Shown piece after piece: positions 14,676-24,719 of a DNA stretch of 24,719 bases. The stretch is taken from positions 1 through 24,719 of the forward strand of contig NZ_JAYKGW010000085.1 of assembly GCF_035285525.1 (NCBI RefSeq), in the 5' to 3' direction. The notes beneath the pieces were generated by a model that had not been told where the DNA came from, did no database searches, and saw nothing but the letters and a program-made list of their open reading frames with translations. This stretch comes from Okeania sp. (GTDB taxonomy: Bacteria; Cyanobacteriota; Cyanobacteriia; Cyanobacteriales; Microcoleaceae). The position numbers and the translations under genes were made by a program. Every line of letters starts with the position of its first letter. The first letter of the stretch is position 1.

Positions 14676-15134
14676 ATGTCTAGGGTTTTGATTTCTAGCT
14701 TATTAGGATTATTAGTTATGCCTTTAACTGTTAGTTCTGTTTTAGCAAATCCTAATTCTGATAATATCTATCAGAAAAATAATCCAACTATCCAAGTACA
14801 GCGCCCACCAAGAAATCAAAACAGGATTTTTGAACAACTAAATCTTACCGAGGAGCAAAAAGAAAAAATCACTAAAATTCGCGATAATAATCAACAAAAA
14901 ATCAGAGAAAGTTTGCAAGACTTGCGCAATGCTCAAGAAGAATTAAATGTAATGATTACTGGGACTGAAAGTGAGAATAAACTACGGAAAAAACATGATC
15001 AAATTTTAGAATTGAGAGAAGAATTAGCAAAATTACAATTCAATACAATTCTCAAAATTAGGGAAGTGTTAACTCCTGAACAATTACAAGAGTGGTCGAA
15101 TTTAATAAAGCAACGTCGGGAATCTCCTAATTAA
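14676..15134 (+). CDS. Periplasmic Spy/CpxP (LTXXQ motif) family protein
   Basis: Signal peptide MSRVLISSLLGLLVMPLTVSSVLA. Two LTxxQ motifs (LTEEQKEKI, LTPEQLQEW). The body is highly charged and helical. Confidence 0.75.
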   Translation: MSRVLISSLLGLLVMPLTVSSVLANPNSDNIYQKNNPTIQVQRPPRNQNRIFEQLNLTEEQKEKITKIRDNNQQKIRESLQDLRNAQEELNVMITGTESENKLRKKHDQILELREELAKLQFNTILKIREVLTPEQLQEWSNLIKQRRESPN

Positions 15135-15799
15135 TACTCCATAGAAAAATTTACTTCAATAATTGACGAATTAGGGTTTACTGAAAAAAGCAAAGTTGGG
15201 AGGTAAGCATTCAGTATTCAGCATTCAGCTATCAGCTATTTTTTATTTCATATTAAAGTTTTATTGATTAAATCAGAATTAATTTTGACTAAAAAAGCAG
15301 ACTGAAAATATATTAATTTAAACTTCATTTTTAAGGTTTGAAGAACATTGCGTTCAAGTTGAAAGCTAATAGCTGTTTGCGCAGCATGACCCAGGAAATG
15401 CTTAGGTTTGGAAAGGTTAGAAAGACAGAGAAAGCAGGAGAAATAATTGTTTCTTGATCTAGTAATTCTAGAATGATTTCTGGAAAAAAACTGTAGGGGT
15501 TTGGTTGACAAATTGCTTATTTTTGGTTTGGATACTAAACCCAAACTGCAAAATGTTAGAAGCTATTTAGAATTGCTATATTTCTGTGCTTATCTGTCTA
15601 AAATAATCTCCGGTTTAATAGTTACACTTTAGAGAAATACCAAATAAAATACCCCCTATTCTACTCCTAATTTCTTGGTGACTAAAACTCAAAAATTTAC
15701 ATTATTTTTTGCTGGAAAGAAAAAAACTAAAACTTCGATATGTAAAGGATTTTAGATTTAATCAGCAAAGCCTATTTATGTTTAATTTAACTTGAAAGA

Positions 15800-16456
15800 A
15801 TGTTAAATAATTACACTTATTTCTATTTACATGGATTTGCTTCTAGTCCTAGATCTAACAAAGCCATGTATTTACGCGATCGCTTCGCTGAAATTGATAT
15901 TAATCTGAAAATTTTTGACTTAAATCAAAATGACTTTTTCAACCTAACTCTGACTAGACAAATACATCAAGTTGAGTTAGAAATCGAAGATAAATATACA
16001 CCAATAATATTAATTGGTTCTAGCTTTGGTGGTTTAACATCTAGTATTTTAGCAGAAAGAAACTCAAACATAAAAGCAATAATTTTACTCGCACCAGCCT
16101 TTAATTTTTTATCCTATTTACAACAAAATTTGGGAGAAACAGCATTCAAAAAATGGCAGCAAAGAGGAAATTACTGGATATATCATTATGGAGAAAGACA
16201 TTATTCATTATTGAGCTACAATTTTATAATAGATCTGATGAGATATCAGGAAAAAAAATTACAGCGTGCTTTGTCAACTTTAATTTTTCATGGTTTAAAT
16301 GATGATATGATTCCTGTTCAGGCAAGTCGAGATTTTGCAGCTCAACGTGATTGGGTAAAGTTAATAGAATTTGATAGTGACCATGCCTTAAGAAATGTTC
16401 TGCCTAAAATTTGGGAAGAAATTAATCAATTTATTGAGGCAGAGAATAAGGAGTAG
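15800..16456 (+). CDS. YqiA/UPF0227-like alpha/beta-fold esterase
   Basis: YFYLHGFASSP, nucleophile elbow GSSFGG, HGLNDDMIP (Asp) and DSDHAL (His) give a Ser-Asp-His arrangement. 218 aa. Confidence 0.75.
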   Translation: MLNNYTYFYLHGFASSPRSNKAMYLRDRFAEIDINLKIFDLNQNDFFNLTLTRQIHQVELEIEDKYTPIILIGSSFGGLTSSILAERNSNIKAIILLAPAFNFLSYLQQNLGETAFKKWQQRGNYWIYHYGERHYSLLSYNFIIDLMRYQEKKLQRALSTLIFHGLNDDMIPVQASRDFAAQRDWVKLIEFDSDHALRNVLPKIWEEINQFIEAENKE

Positions 16457-16590
16457 GAAGTAGTTAAGAATCAAGAAGAATGGAAGTTATCAAGGAAGTG
16501 GTTGTTCATAATAAATAGGATATATTGATTTTTCTGCCTTGTGTTACCCCAAAATATTAATAGAAATAATTATTATCCCAAGGCATATAT

Positions 16591-16926
16591 TTATTTGTCT
16601 GTTCCTTCATGCAAAGAATGAAGAGATTTATCCAGTTCCATTCTTTGTTTAGCCTGATTTAAAAAGTAACCACTCATCATTGCAGAAGCAAGAAGTTGAC
16701 CAAGGTTTTCTTTGCTAGTTGTTATTGCTATAGAAAAATGTTCTGGTGGTAAATTTCCTAACATTCCTCTTAAATTTTGTTCCATAATTTGAGCTACTTC
16801 TGGATCTGGTTTAGAAAGTTGAGCAACAGTTTCTGGATTCATAGATTGAACATATTGCCATAGTAAATTACTTTTATTTGATTGGTCAGCAAAATTTTCC
16901 GCAGGATTACCAGAAAGATTATTCAT
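16591..16926 (-). CDS. DUF760-like conserved cyanobacterial/plastid-lineage protein
   Basis: LWQYVQSMNPETVAQLSKP...EVAQIMEQNLRGMLGNLPPEHF...LGQLLASAMMSGYFL matches my memory of DUF760 proteins. The family name is from recollection, not from a search. Confidence 0.65.
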   Translation of the reverse strand: MNNLSGNPAENFADQSNKSNLLWQYVQSMNPETVAQLSKPDPEVAQIMEQNLRGMLGNLPPEHFSIAITTSKENLGQLLASAMMSGYFLNQAKQRMELDKSLHSLHEGTDK

Positions 16927-17169
16927 AATATTTACCTTCCATAACTAGGTGTGATGCAACATTAGTTACATATTAACAAAATATTTTTTAGCTATTGTAG
17001 TCCGTGCAACCGAACTTTCAGAGGCGGACTTTGCTACAAAATTTTCAAACAACTAGAAGCGCTGTATGTTCAAACAAATATCAAGGATTACTTCTGACTT
17101 CTAACTTATGACTTTTGACTTTAGGGTAGCGCTATAGTATCTTTCTTCAAGTAGACTGGATATGTAGAG

Positions 17170-17481
17170 ATGAAAAAAAATATGAAACAATCATCCAAAG
17201 CTCAAGGTCGCCTAGTTTGGAATCATTCTACCCATATCGAAGGCTTAATTCCAATTTTAGAGAAACTAATCCAACATCAAGGTATTGAAACTGTGACTCC
17301 AGGAGTGATCAGTAGGTCTAAAAGTCATATTCCCCAAATGAAGCTCAAAGTATCAGTACCTATTCGAGGTGGTTTTAAACTTATTGCTAGACAAGGGAAG
17401 ACAGTACAAGAAGTCTTTATATTAACCAGTTTAATTCAAGAAGATTTAGAAGAGGCGATCGCTCAAATCTTAACTAAATAG
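17170..17481 (+). CDS. Small conserved hypothetical protein (possibly DUF2103, predicted metal-binding)
   Basis: 103-aa ORF containing LVWNHSTHIEGLIPILEKL...TVTPGVISRSK...GGFKLIARQGKTVQEVFILT. The family assignment is from memory only. Its TAG stop is the first 3 bp of a tagggtttgcgctcaaaag repeat. Confidence 0.6.
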   Translation: MKKNMKQSSKAQGRLVWNHSTHIEGLIPILEKLIQHQGIETVTPGVISRSKSHIPQMKLKVSVPIRGGFKLIARQGKTVQEVFILTSLIQEDLEEAIAQILTK

Positions 17482-17527
17482 GGTTTGCGCTCAAAAGTTT
17501 CTTGGTGAAGGTAGGGAGTAGGGAGTC

Positions 17528-17815
17528 AGGAGTAGTGAAGAGTCAAGAGGGATGTAGTATCGGTATAATTTAAGACTGTAGGGGTTTGGTCTCCCAACCC
17601 TCCACTAACTAAGTTTTCGCTCTTTTCTGATGGTAGAACCTTATTTTCCCAAGCCAGGGGATTTGATATTAGGGAGTAGTGAAGAGTCAAGAGGAATGTA
17701 GTATCGGTATAATTTAAGACCGTAGGGGTTTGGTCTCCCAACCCTCTACCAACTAAGTTTTCGCTCTTTTCTGATGGTAGAACCTTATTTTCCCAAGCCA
17801 GGGGATTTGATATTA
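17528..17815. repeat. 144-bp unit tandemly duplicated (about 96 percent identical by eye)
   Basis: The units are 17528-17671 and 17672-17815. agtagtgaagagtcaagag recurs at 17531 and 17675. Each unit contains gactgtaggggtttggtctcccaaccc (a gggtttgg/ccaaccc hairpin) and ctcttttctgatggtagaacc. A diverged inverted copy lies at 20861-21019. Confidence 0.9.
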
Positions 17816-17916
17816 GAAGAATTTGAACAAAGTAGCTTTTTATAATCGGATTTGGTATGAGATGATGATTTAAAGTTTAAATTTTTATATGACGAAAAGT
17901 GTTATAGTGAAAAATT

Positions 17917-19395
<1,479 letters not shown>

Positions 19396-19430
19396 TAGGT
19401 AAGCAGTTAGGTATCAGCTTTCAGCTTTCA

Positions 19431-19731
19431 GTTAATACAGCCAAGGATCTAAAATCCTTGGCTAATAGCTGAAGTCATCTCAAGATGACTAAATTATAGC
19501 AATGTGCGCACTGAATATTGACAAATTGCAAGAGGTGTCCAATAGCTAAAAGTCTGATATGATCAGCAATTAATTCTCCCTATTGCCAGATTAGCTGTTG
19601 TCTGTTGCGCGACAGCGCAGCGCTATATCTATAATGTCTTTGTTAATACAGCCAAGGATTTTAGATCCTTGGCTAATAGCTGAAGTCATTTCAAGATGAC
19701 TAAATTATCTATAATGTCTTTGTTAATACAG
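19431..19731. repeat. Twin-hairpin ~68-bp module present twice, plus a duplicated 24-bp leader, between convergent thiC and pyrE
   Basis: The modules lie at 19431-19498 and 19642-19708: gttaatacag + ccaaggat-loop-atccttgg + ctaatagctgaa + gtcatYtcaagatgac + taaattat. ctataatgtctttgttaatacagc occurs at 19629-19652 and 19708-19731. Confidence 0.85.
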
Positions 19732-20027
19732 CGCTTTTTGTTGCCTATGAGGTAAACTTGCGCGGGCAAGATTTCCGCACTACAATATTTTCACCATTTC
19801 CCGAAAAATTAATGTATGAAGCCTCTTCAATCATAGAGAAAAAAAGAATATTTTCTTATATTCAATTCTCTCGGTTCTAACCAGAAGACATCTCCAAAAA
19901 TAAAAAATCAAATCAATTCTTATCCATAAATTATCAATTCTTTCTTCGTGTTCCCAGTTAAGTGTTAAGCGTTCTCTCTTTTCTGGAGATATCTAGAGGT
20001 AATTATCCATTATCCATTATCCATTAA

Positions 20028-20636
20028 TCAAACCTTTTTCAAATTTTCTTGTAATTCTGAGATAGTAAATATTGACTCAAACTGAATACCTTCTTTCTCA
20101 TAAAATTCTTTACCACCTTGCTCCCGATCTACAAGAGAAAAAATTTGATTAACCTGATAACCTGCGTCTCGTAGTCGATTAACTGCCATCATTGCTGATG
20201 CTCCAGTAGTTACGACATCTTCTAAAACAACTATTTTTGCATTAGCTTCTAGCACAGGCCCTTCAATGTAGGACATCGTACCATGTCCTTTAGCTTGTTT
20301 ACGAATAATTAAAGCTGGTATAGGTCGATTTTCATAAGCAGATACCACACTCACAGCAGTTAAAATTGGGTCTGCTCCTAATGTTAAACCTGCTACTCCT
20401 TCAGTATCTTCAGGCAGTATAGACAATAATAATCTGCCTATGATCAGAGCGCCCAGGGGATGAAGAGTAACGTATTTACCATTTATATAATACCCACTAC
20501 TTTGTCCAGAAGATAATACAAAATTTCCCTCACGATAAGCTAAGTTACATAGCATATTGAGTAATTTTTGTCTAATAGTAGTTAGATCAGTAGTAGCTAA
20601 AGATGAAGAATCGAGAAATGTAATTTGGTCTGTCAT
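20028..20636 (-). CDS. pyrE: Orotate phosphoribosyltransferase
   Basis: PRPP-binding loop VVLEDVVTTGASA. The length (202 aa) and overall collinearity fit type I PRTase PyrE. Confidence 0.9.
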   Translation of the reverse strand: MTDQITFLDSSSLATTDLTTIRQKLLNMLCNLAYREGNFVLSSGQSSGYYINGKYVTLHPLGALIIGRLLLSILPEDTEGVAGLTLGADPILTAVSVVSAYENRPIPALIIRKQAKGHGTMSYIEGPVLEANAKIVVLEDVVTTGASAMMAVNRLRDAGYQVNQIFSLVDREQGGKEFYEKEGIQFESIFTISELQENLKKV

Positions 20637-20860
20637 ATCAAGAAACTGGAGAGTGCTAAAGTTATGAGTGAAAAAAACATTCCCTGCTCAAAGTTGAGGA
20701 ATGGTAGATACTGGTTAAAGCCTCTAAATTTTGACCAGCTAATATCTAATTATGCACATAATAGGTCAAATAGAGCAAATTCTGACTTAATTACTTCCAG
20801 TGTTTAGTCGCCATGCAAGTTATGAAAAGTATTATATTAAATTTGCTTACTTTGGAGAAT

Positions 20861-21019
20861 AAGGTTTGACCATCAGAAAAGAGGAAAAGTTGCTAGTTTG
20901 TAGAGGGTTTGGAGACCAAACCCCTACAGTCTTTAATTCTATCAATCCCACCGAATTTGATATTACTGTGTAACTTTTATTTTCCTGACTCTTCACTACT
21001 CCCTACTCCCTACTCCCTA
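20861..21019. repeat. Inverted, diverged third copy of the 144-bp repeat family with heptamer tail
   Basis: The reverse complement reads gtagggagtagggagtagggagtagtgaagagtca...ttaaagactgtaggggtttggtctccaaaccctc...ctcttttctgatggtcaaacc. The heptamer tail supplies the TAG stop (21017-21019) of the adjacent minus-strand gene. Confidence 0.8.
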
Positions 21020-21301
21020 CTGATCTAAAGGATGATGATCTGCGAGTAATTTTTCAACTTTTGCTTCATCAAGTCTAGCAGTTATTCTTTGAGATTCGTG
21101 ATTGTCTCTAATGGTTTTTGCCAGAGTAAAAGCGGAACCTATTGAGAATGTTAAACCCATTCCCATAAAACTTTTAACCCAATTATCTACAGGTAGGTAA
21201 ATGATGCCGATCGCTGTACCAGAAGTAGCGAGAATAAAAGAAGCCCAAACTTGAAATATCCATCCTGCGGTATCCTTTTGTCGAACATATTTATTTGTCA
21301 T
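21017..21301 (-). CDS. YiaA/YiaB-like small inner-membrane protein
   Basis: 94 aa with two hydrophobic helices (WIFQVWASFILATSGTAIGIIYL, FMGMGLTFSIGSAFTLAKTIRDNHE). This is the YiaAB two-helix pattern as I remember it. Confidence 0.65.
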   Translation of the reverse strand: MTNKYVRQKDTAGWIFQVWASFILATSGTAIGIIYLPVDNWVKSFMGMGLTFSIGSAFTLAKTIRDNHESQRITARLDEAKVEKLLADHHPLDQ

Positions 21302-21436
21302 AAAATTACTACCTCAAATCAATATTTTTAGCTGATTTATTTTGATTCTAGGTATATAAATTTATAGAAATGATAGTGTTGTGACAGTTTCTATAGATGC
21401 ACACATCACTATGCGCAATTCAGAATTTAATTAAAA

Positions 21437-21535
21437 CAGGACTTACACGGGAGGAACCGGGTTTCTAGGGTAAATCATTGTTTTTGAGAAACATCTATAA
21501 GAAACCGGATTTCTGGGTTCTCCTGCGAAGTCATG
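21437..21535. mobile_element. CAGGACTTAC-family MITE-like element (degenerate right end)
   Basis: caggacttacacgggaggaaccgggtttct...aaaccggatttctgggttctcctgcgaagtcatg is collinear with 13930-14032. Confidence 0.7.
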
Positions 21536-21715
21536 TCAAATCTGCTTCCCTTTTGCTTGACAATAGAAAACTTGTCGTTCCCAAAATTTTATCTAAATCA
21601 GTAATAGTAATTCTCAACTTGCTTTTTGTAAATTCATCGGATACTAATTTTCCAAATTGCCATAATTCTCCATCCCTTACTATCTCATACACAGGAAGTT
21701 CCTTGGCTTTATTTT

Positions 21716-21809
21716 AGGACTAAAGCCATGAGGCAGGAAAAACAGGGGTTTGAGATTGCTTCCCGACCGTCGTATCGAAGGAAAATACCTTGCTGTTGCG
21801 TAAGCCCTG
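21716..21809. repeat. 94-bp dispersed element, copy 2 (partner 14249-14342)
   Basis: aggactaaagccatgaggcaggaaaaacaggggtttgagattgcttcccgaccgtcgtatcgaaggaaaataccttgctgttgcgtaagccctg. Confidence 0.85.
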
Positions 21810-21871
21810 TTAATTTTTGGGCGAAACTATTATCCCATGGTTTCCTATAATTCTCAAGCTGCTCACCGTCA

Positions 21872-22013
21872 GACTCCGAGTCGGAAAAATGAACTTTTCA
21901 GGACTTACACAGGGGAACTCAGAAACCGGGTACAAGGGTATATTCTTACTGTTAAAAACAAGGATTTCTCGTATAAACTGGGTTTCTTTGCGACTCCGAG
22001 TTGGGGAAATGAA
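21872..22013. mobile_element. CAGGACTTAC-family element flanked by 22-bp direct repeats, just upstream of the GST-like gene
   Basis: gactccgagtcggaaaaatgaa (21872-21893) and gactccgagttggggaaatgaa (21992-22013) flank tcaggacttacacagggg...gggtttctttg (21898-21990). Confidence 0.65.
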
Positions 22014-22051
22014 GTTGTGATAAAATTGAAGATTATTTTCTGGAGTCACTT

Positions 22052-23263
22052 ATGAAAACAACCAAATCTTTGCCTTTGAGTTGGGAAGCACTACAAGAAA
22101 TCGTCACATTTGAGCGAGATAGGGTGAACGGACCAACCAATTCCCAAGCCAGACTGCGTCTGTTTGGAAAAGCCGAATCAGATGTGCGAGTTACTCTTTA
22201 TCGCGATCATCATGCTTGGTGTCCTTATTGCCAAAAAGTTTGGCTGTGGTTAGAAGAAAAGCAGATTCCCTATCGTATCGAGAAAGTCACTATGTTCTGT
22301 TATGGAACCAAAGAAAAGTGGTATAAGCAAAAGGTGCCATCTGGAATGCTGCCAGCATTAGAACTTGATGGTCAATTAATTACAGAAAGTGATAATATCT
22401 TATTAGCATTAGAAGACGCATTTGGTCTATTAAATCAGGTAGGAATGAGCGATCGCCGAGCGTTGCCTCTGCGCCAGCTAGAACGCCTACTCTTTCGTGG
22501 TTGGTGTAGTTGGTTGTGTTACCCAGTACGATCACTAAGAGACGAACAACGCAGTCGATATCAATTTACCACCATCGTAGCTCAAGTTGAAGTTGCTTTA
22601 GCCAATACTCCAGGACCTTATTTTCTGGAAGAATTTGGTATAGTTGATGTGGTTTTTACTCCTTATGTCGAGCGGATGAATGCCAGCCTCTACTATTACA
22701 AAGGCTATTCATTGCGGGAAGAAAATCCCAAGCTTTCTGATTGGTTTGATGCTATGGAAACCCGATCCACCTATAGAGGAACGCAAAGTGATTTTCATAC
22801 CCACGCCCACGATTTACCACCGCAAATGGGGGGATGTTATTCTAACCAAGAATCTCAAACTGATATCAATCAAAAGCGAGTTGATTACGGTCCTTGGCTC
22901 GGATTACCAGATGTGATGTATCCAGAGCCAGAAACATCTCGAACAGAAGCTCTGCAAAGGGTTATCAAGCATCGTCATAATATCATTCGCGTTAATCCAG
23001 CCGACGATTGCCTTTTTGATGAAGCCTTGCGTTGCGCTCTAACTTACATGATAACAGGAGAGCTATGTCTGCCACCATCTGGTTCCGATCCAGCTCTGCG
23101 TTACCTGCGCGATCGCATTAGTGTACCGAGAGATATGTCCATCTATGCCGCCAAACGACTGAGAGAAGCATTAGAAACCACGGCATCTCTATCTGGCGAT
23201 CGCCAAGGAAGACCCATTCCAGTGCGCGACCGACGCGACCAAAATCCGGCTAATTTTAACTAA
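22052..23263 (+). CDS. Glutathione S-transferase-like protein with CPYC thioredoxin-fold N-domain
   Basis: [21 protein letters not shown] (glutaredoxin-like CPYC). [22 protein letters not shown] is a GST G-site-like VPxL...ES pattern. 403 aa. Local GC looks higher than in neighbouring genes, and the gene contains three HIP1 sites. Confidence 0.75.
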   Translation: MKTTKSLPLSWEALQEIVTFERDRVNGPTNSQARLRLFGKAESDVRVTLYRDHHAWCPYCQKVWLWLEEKQIPYRIEKVTMFCYGTKEKWYKQKVPSGMLPALELDGQLITESDNILLALEDAFGLLNQVGMSDRRALPLRQLERLLFRGWCSWLCYPVRSLRDEQRSRYQFTTIVAQVEVALANTPGPYFLEEFGIVDVVFTPYVERMNASLYYYKGYSLREENPKLSDWFDAMETRSTYRGTQSDFHTHAHDLPPQMGGCYSNQESQTDINQKRVDYGPWLGLPDVMYPEPETSRTEALQRVIKHRHNIIRVNPADDCLFDEALRCALTYMITGELCLPPSGSDPALRYLRDRISVPRDMSIYAAKRLREALETTASLSGDRQGRPIPVRDRRDQNPANFN

Positions 23264-23323
23264 CTTTAACACAGAACTTACGCACAGGTACTACTTCCAT
23301 TAAGCTCTAAGATTACCGAAAGA

Positions 23324-23843
23324 TTGTAGCGGATTGTTTCACCTAGAATAGTGCAAAGCTTAGGTGCGGGTTTAAGCCAGAATTTTCATGGTTATTGCAA
23401 GATTTAGATAAACCCGCCCCCTAGGACAGTTGGCTATATCATTAGGAGCAGGTTTAGCTAACCATCAATAGGGGCGGGTTTTTCAGGGGCGTTGGGAAAT
23501 TGCCGAAATTTGACTAAACCCCCCCTGGGGATTTCAGATAAAATGTGGCTAGATTGGTTCCGCTTTTAATTATTACCAAATCTCGCCAAACTTCCTATCC
23601 TGCCCCTGGGGATTTCAGATAAAATGTGGCTAGATTGGTTCCGCAAAAGGCTTGGCTGCGTTACGCAGGAGCAGAGATTATCTATTTATTGATATATTAC
23701 CCTCCTGCTAACGCACCCTACTGGACCGTTTCATCTAAAATGGTGCATTAGGAAGTAGGGGAGTAGGGGAGTAGGGGAGAAACATTTTTGTAACCTACAG
23801 CTATTGCACCATTTATTGAAGGTGAAACAATACACTACAAAAA
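23324..23843. mobile_element. ~520-bp non-coding element with ~40-bp imperfect terminal inverted repeats and dense internal pairing potential
   Basis: The left end is ttgtagcggattgtttcacctagaatagtgcaaagct (23324-23360). The reverse complement of the right end (23797-23843) is ttgtagtgtattgtttcaccttcaataaatggtgcaatagct. A third copy of the motif is gtttcatctaaaatggtgca (near 23728-23747). Internally gcgggttta, taaacccgcccc and ggggcgggttt can pair in alternative ways. An octamer array gtagggga x3 runs 23755-23780. Confidence 0.55.
23522..23644. repeat. Two perfect 42-bp direct repeats separated by a 39-bp spacer
   Basis: cccctggggatttcagataaaatgtggctagattggttccgc occurs at 23522-23563 and 23603-23644. 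The spacer ttttaattattaccaaatctcgccaaacttcctatcctg occurs only once in this window. Confidence 0.9.
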
Positions 23844-23846
23844 CGA

Positions 23847-24527
23847 CTATGTAAACTCAGGCGCTACTTGCATAACAGAGAGTTGGGCTTTCTTCCTATA
23901 AAAGGGTGGTAAATTCATGATCGTTGAACGTAACTCGTGGAGAGTTCCTTTAGTCGGAGGACAATAATATTGAAAATTAGCGGGAAATATTTGAGTAACT
24001 GTTTCTGCTATGGTTGAACCATAAGCTCCCCATGTCATTATTGTTCTCGTGCTATTAGGATTAGGTGCATGGAGAAATACGAAGGTTCCGTTTCTGGGAT
24101 GATCTAAATACTCATTTGCCTGTTCTCGTGTTGCTAAATCATTCATCAATTTAAAGCAGATTTTTGCATAATTTTGGGTGATATTCATAAATGCCGTATG
24201 AACAGGGCTCTTATCAAAAGTATCTGGCAAGCAAAGAACGAGATTACCAAATGGGTCTAGAAATGCAACAGAGTTTTTAGCATTTGGTTCGGATTCCTTG
24301 ACTTCTTTTAAAACCTGAAAGAGTTCCTGGTTTGGAAGACGTGGCTCGGGTATTTTTATTTTGAATGCATTTGGATAAATCTCTCGGTATTTCACCTTGA
24401 GCGGGGAATCTTCGGGCAACTTAGCTGGATTGGATAGAGCTTTTCCATTAGAAATCTGAGCCTCGCGAACCCTTTCTAGGTTGGCATGAAAGGCATTGCC
24501 ACAGCCCATCAATATTTGTAGGCTCAC
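23847..24527 (-). CDS. Hypothetical protein, no recognisable family
   Basis: 226-aa ORF from GTG 24527, with the in-frame upstream stop at 24582-24584. An alternative ATG at 24509 gives MGCGNAFHANLERV... I find no motif, signal peptide or TM segment. Confidence 0.5.
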   Translation of the reverse strand: MSLQILMGCGNAFHANLERVREAQISNGKALSNPAKLPEDSPLKVKYREIYPNAFKIKIPEPRLPNQELFQVLKEVKESEPNAKNSVAFLDPFGNLVLCLPDTFDKSPVHTAFMNITQNYAKICFKLMNDLATREQANEYLDHPRNGTFVFLHAPNPNSTRTIMTWGAYGSTIAETVTQIFPANFQYYCPPTKGTLHELRSTIMNLPPFYRKKAQLSVMQVAPEFT

Positions 24528-24719
24528 AATCGTGTCTTTTAAGACGACATTAGGGCCACCGTTATAGTCTCTTACATATTCTTATTAGTAGTAAAAGTGT
24601 CAATTTTTTTTTGACCAGCTTTTTTTGTGCCTCTGCTGTCTCTTTCAATTTACAAATTACTTATTCTTGTTCGGAATTAATTCCTGCGTTGACAGCAGTT
24701 GCTATAATCGCACTGGCTA

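Noticed and set aside
15248-15544. 98-aa minus-strand ORF downstream of the Spy-like gene.
   Set aside because: The sequence is low-complexity and rich in K, S, N and F. It overlaps a ctgtaggggtttgg repeat fragment, and I see no start context or family signature.
17526-17741. 71-aa ORF with an internally repeated peptide on the minus strand of the 144-bp tandem repeat. I considered it as a repeated-core RiPP precursor.
   Set aside because: The peptide repetition is a direct consequence of the DNA duplication. The third family copy (20861-21019) does not preserve the frame, and no maturation enzymes are nearby.
17528-17815. The 144-bp tandem pair as the template/variable repeat pair of a diversity-generating retroelement.
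   Set aside because: The differences between copies are not adenine-specific (G/A, T/C and a small rearranged patch). There is no reverse transcriptase gene in the window.
17823-17846. TTGAAC / TATAAT pair upstream of the thiC riboswitch, considered as its promoter.
   Set aside because: The spacer is 12 nt, which is too short. A lone -10-like tatagt at 17904-17909 fits the riboswitch 5' end better, but it is unsupported by a -35 box.
20625-20807. 60-aa plus-strand ORF overlapping the pyrE start.
   Set aside because: It overlaps the pyrE 5' end and promoter region and has no supporting signal.
21478-22055. Four overlapping ORFs (21478-21717, 21810-22049 minus, 21817-22020, 21837-22055) upstream of the GST-like gene.
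   Set aside because: They are mutually exclusive and are translated from MITE and dispersed-repeat DNA whose copies elsewhere are non-coding.
23522-23644. Calling the two 42-bp repeats a CRISPR array feature.
   Set aside because: There are only two repeats and one spacer, no cas genes in 24.7 kb, and the repeat is embedded in a TIR-bounded element. I kept it as a finding to check, not as a CRISPR call.
24689-24708. TTGACA ... TATAAT pair at the right edge, considered as a promoter.
   Set aside because: The spacer is only 8 nt (24695-24702), which is incompatible with a sigma70 -35/-10 arrangement.

Overview
This window looks like chromosomal DNA from a filamentous, Nostocales-like cyanobacterium. 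It is AT-rich and carries eight copies of the HIP1 octamer GCGATCGC (near 1471, 4871, 6723, 15877, 17455, 22449, 23109, 23197). Almost every intergenic spacer holds 7-8 bp tandem arrays and MITE-like hairpin repeats.

The left third (1-8.3 kb) is accessory. It holds the 3' end of a type I polyketide synthase (post-AT linker, ACP, thioesterase). Four same-strand genes follow: a lipocalin-like protein, a type I Baeyer-Villiger monooxygenase, a class-3 lipase with a long unassigned C-terminal half, and a membrane-anchored FMO-type monooxygenase. The FMO gene sits inside a 2.86-kb segment bracketed by a perfect 38-bp inverted repeat.

The rest is mostly housekeeping or conserved cyanobacterial genes: ABC1/UbiB kinase, purM, an RlpA-like protein, a Spy/CpxP-like protein, a YqiA-like esterase, DUF760, a small conserved protein, TPP riboswitch plus thiC, pyrE, a YiaA/B-like membrane protein and a CPYC GST-like protein. 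An unrecognisable 226-aa ORF lies at the right edge.

The non-coding candidates worth following are a ~200-nt 6S-RNA-like fold between purM and rlpA, and a ~520-bp structured element at 23.3-23.8 kb that contains two perfect 42-bp direct repeats.

I do not see a clear-cut defence, CRISPR-Cas, toxin-antitoxin or retroelement system. The strongest candidates for something undescribed are the PKS tailoring cassette and the inverted-repeat-bracketed FMO segment. Product calls rest on motifs read by eye and remembered family signatures, not on database searches.
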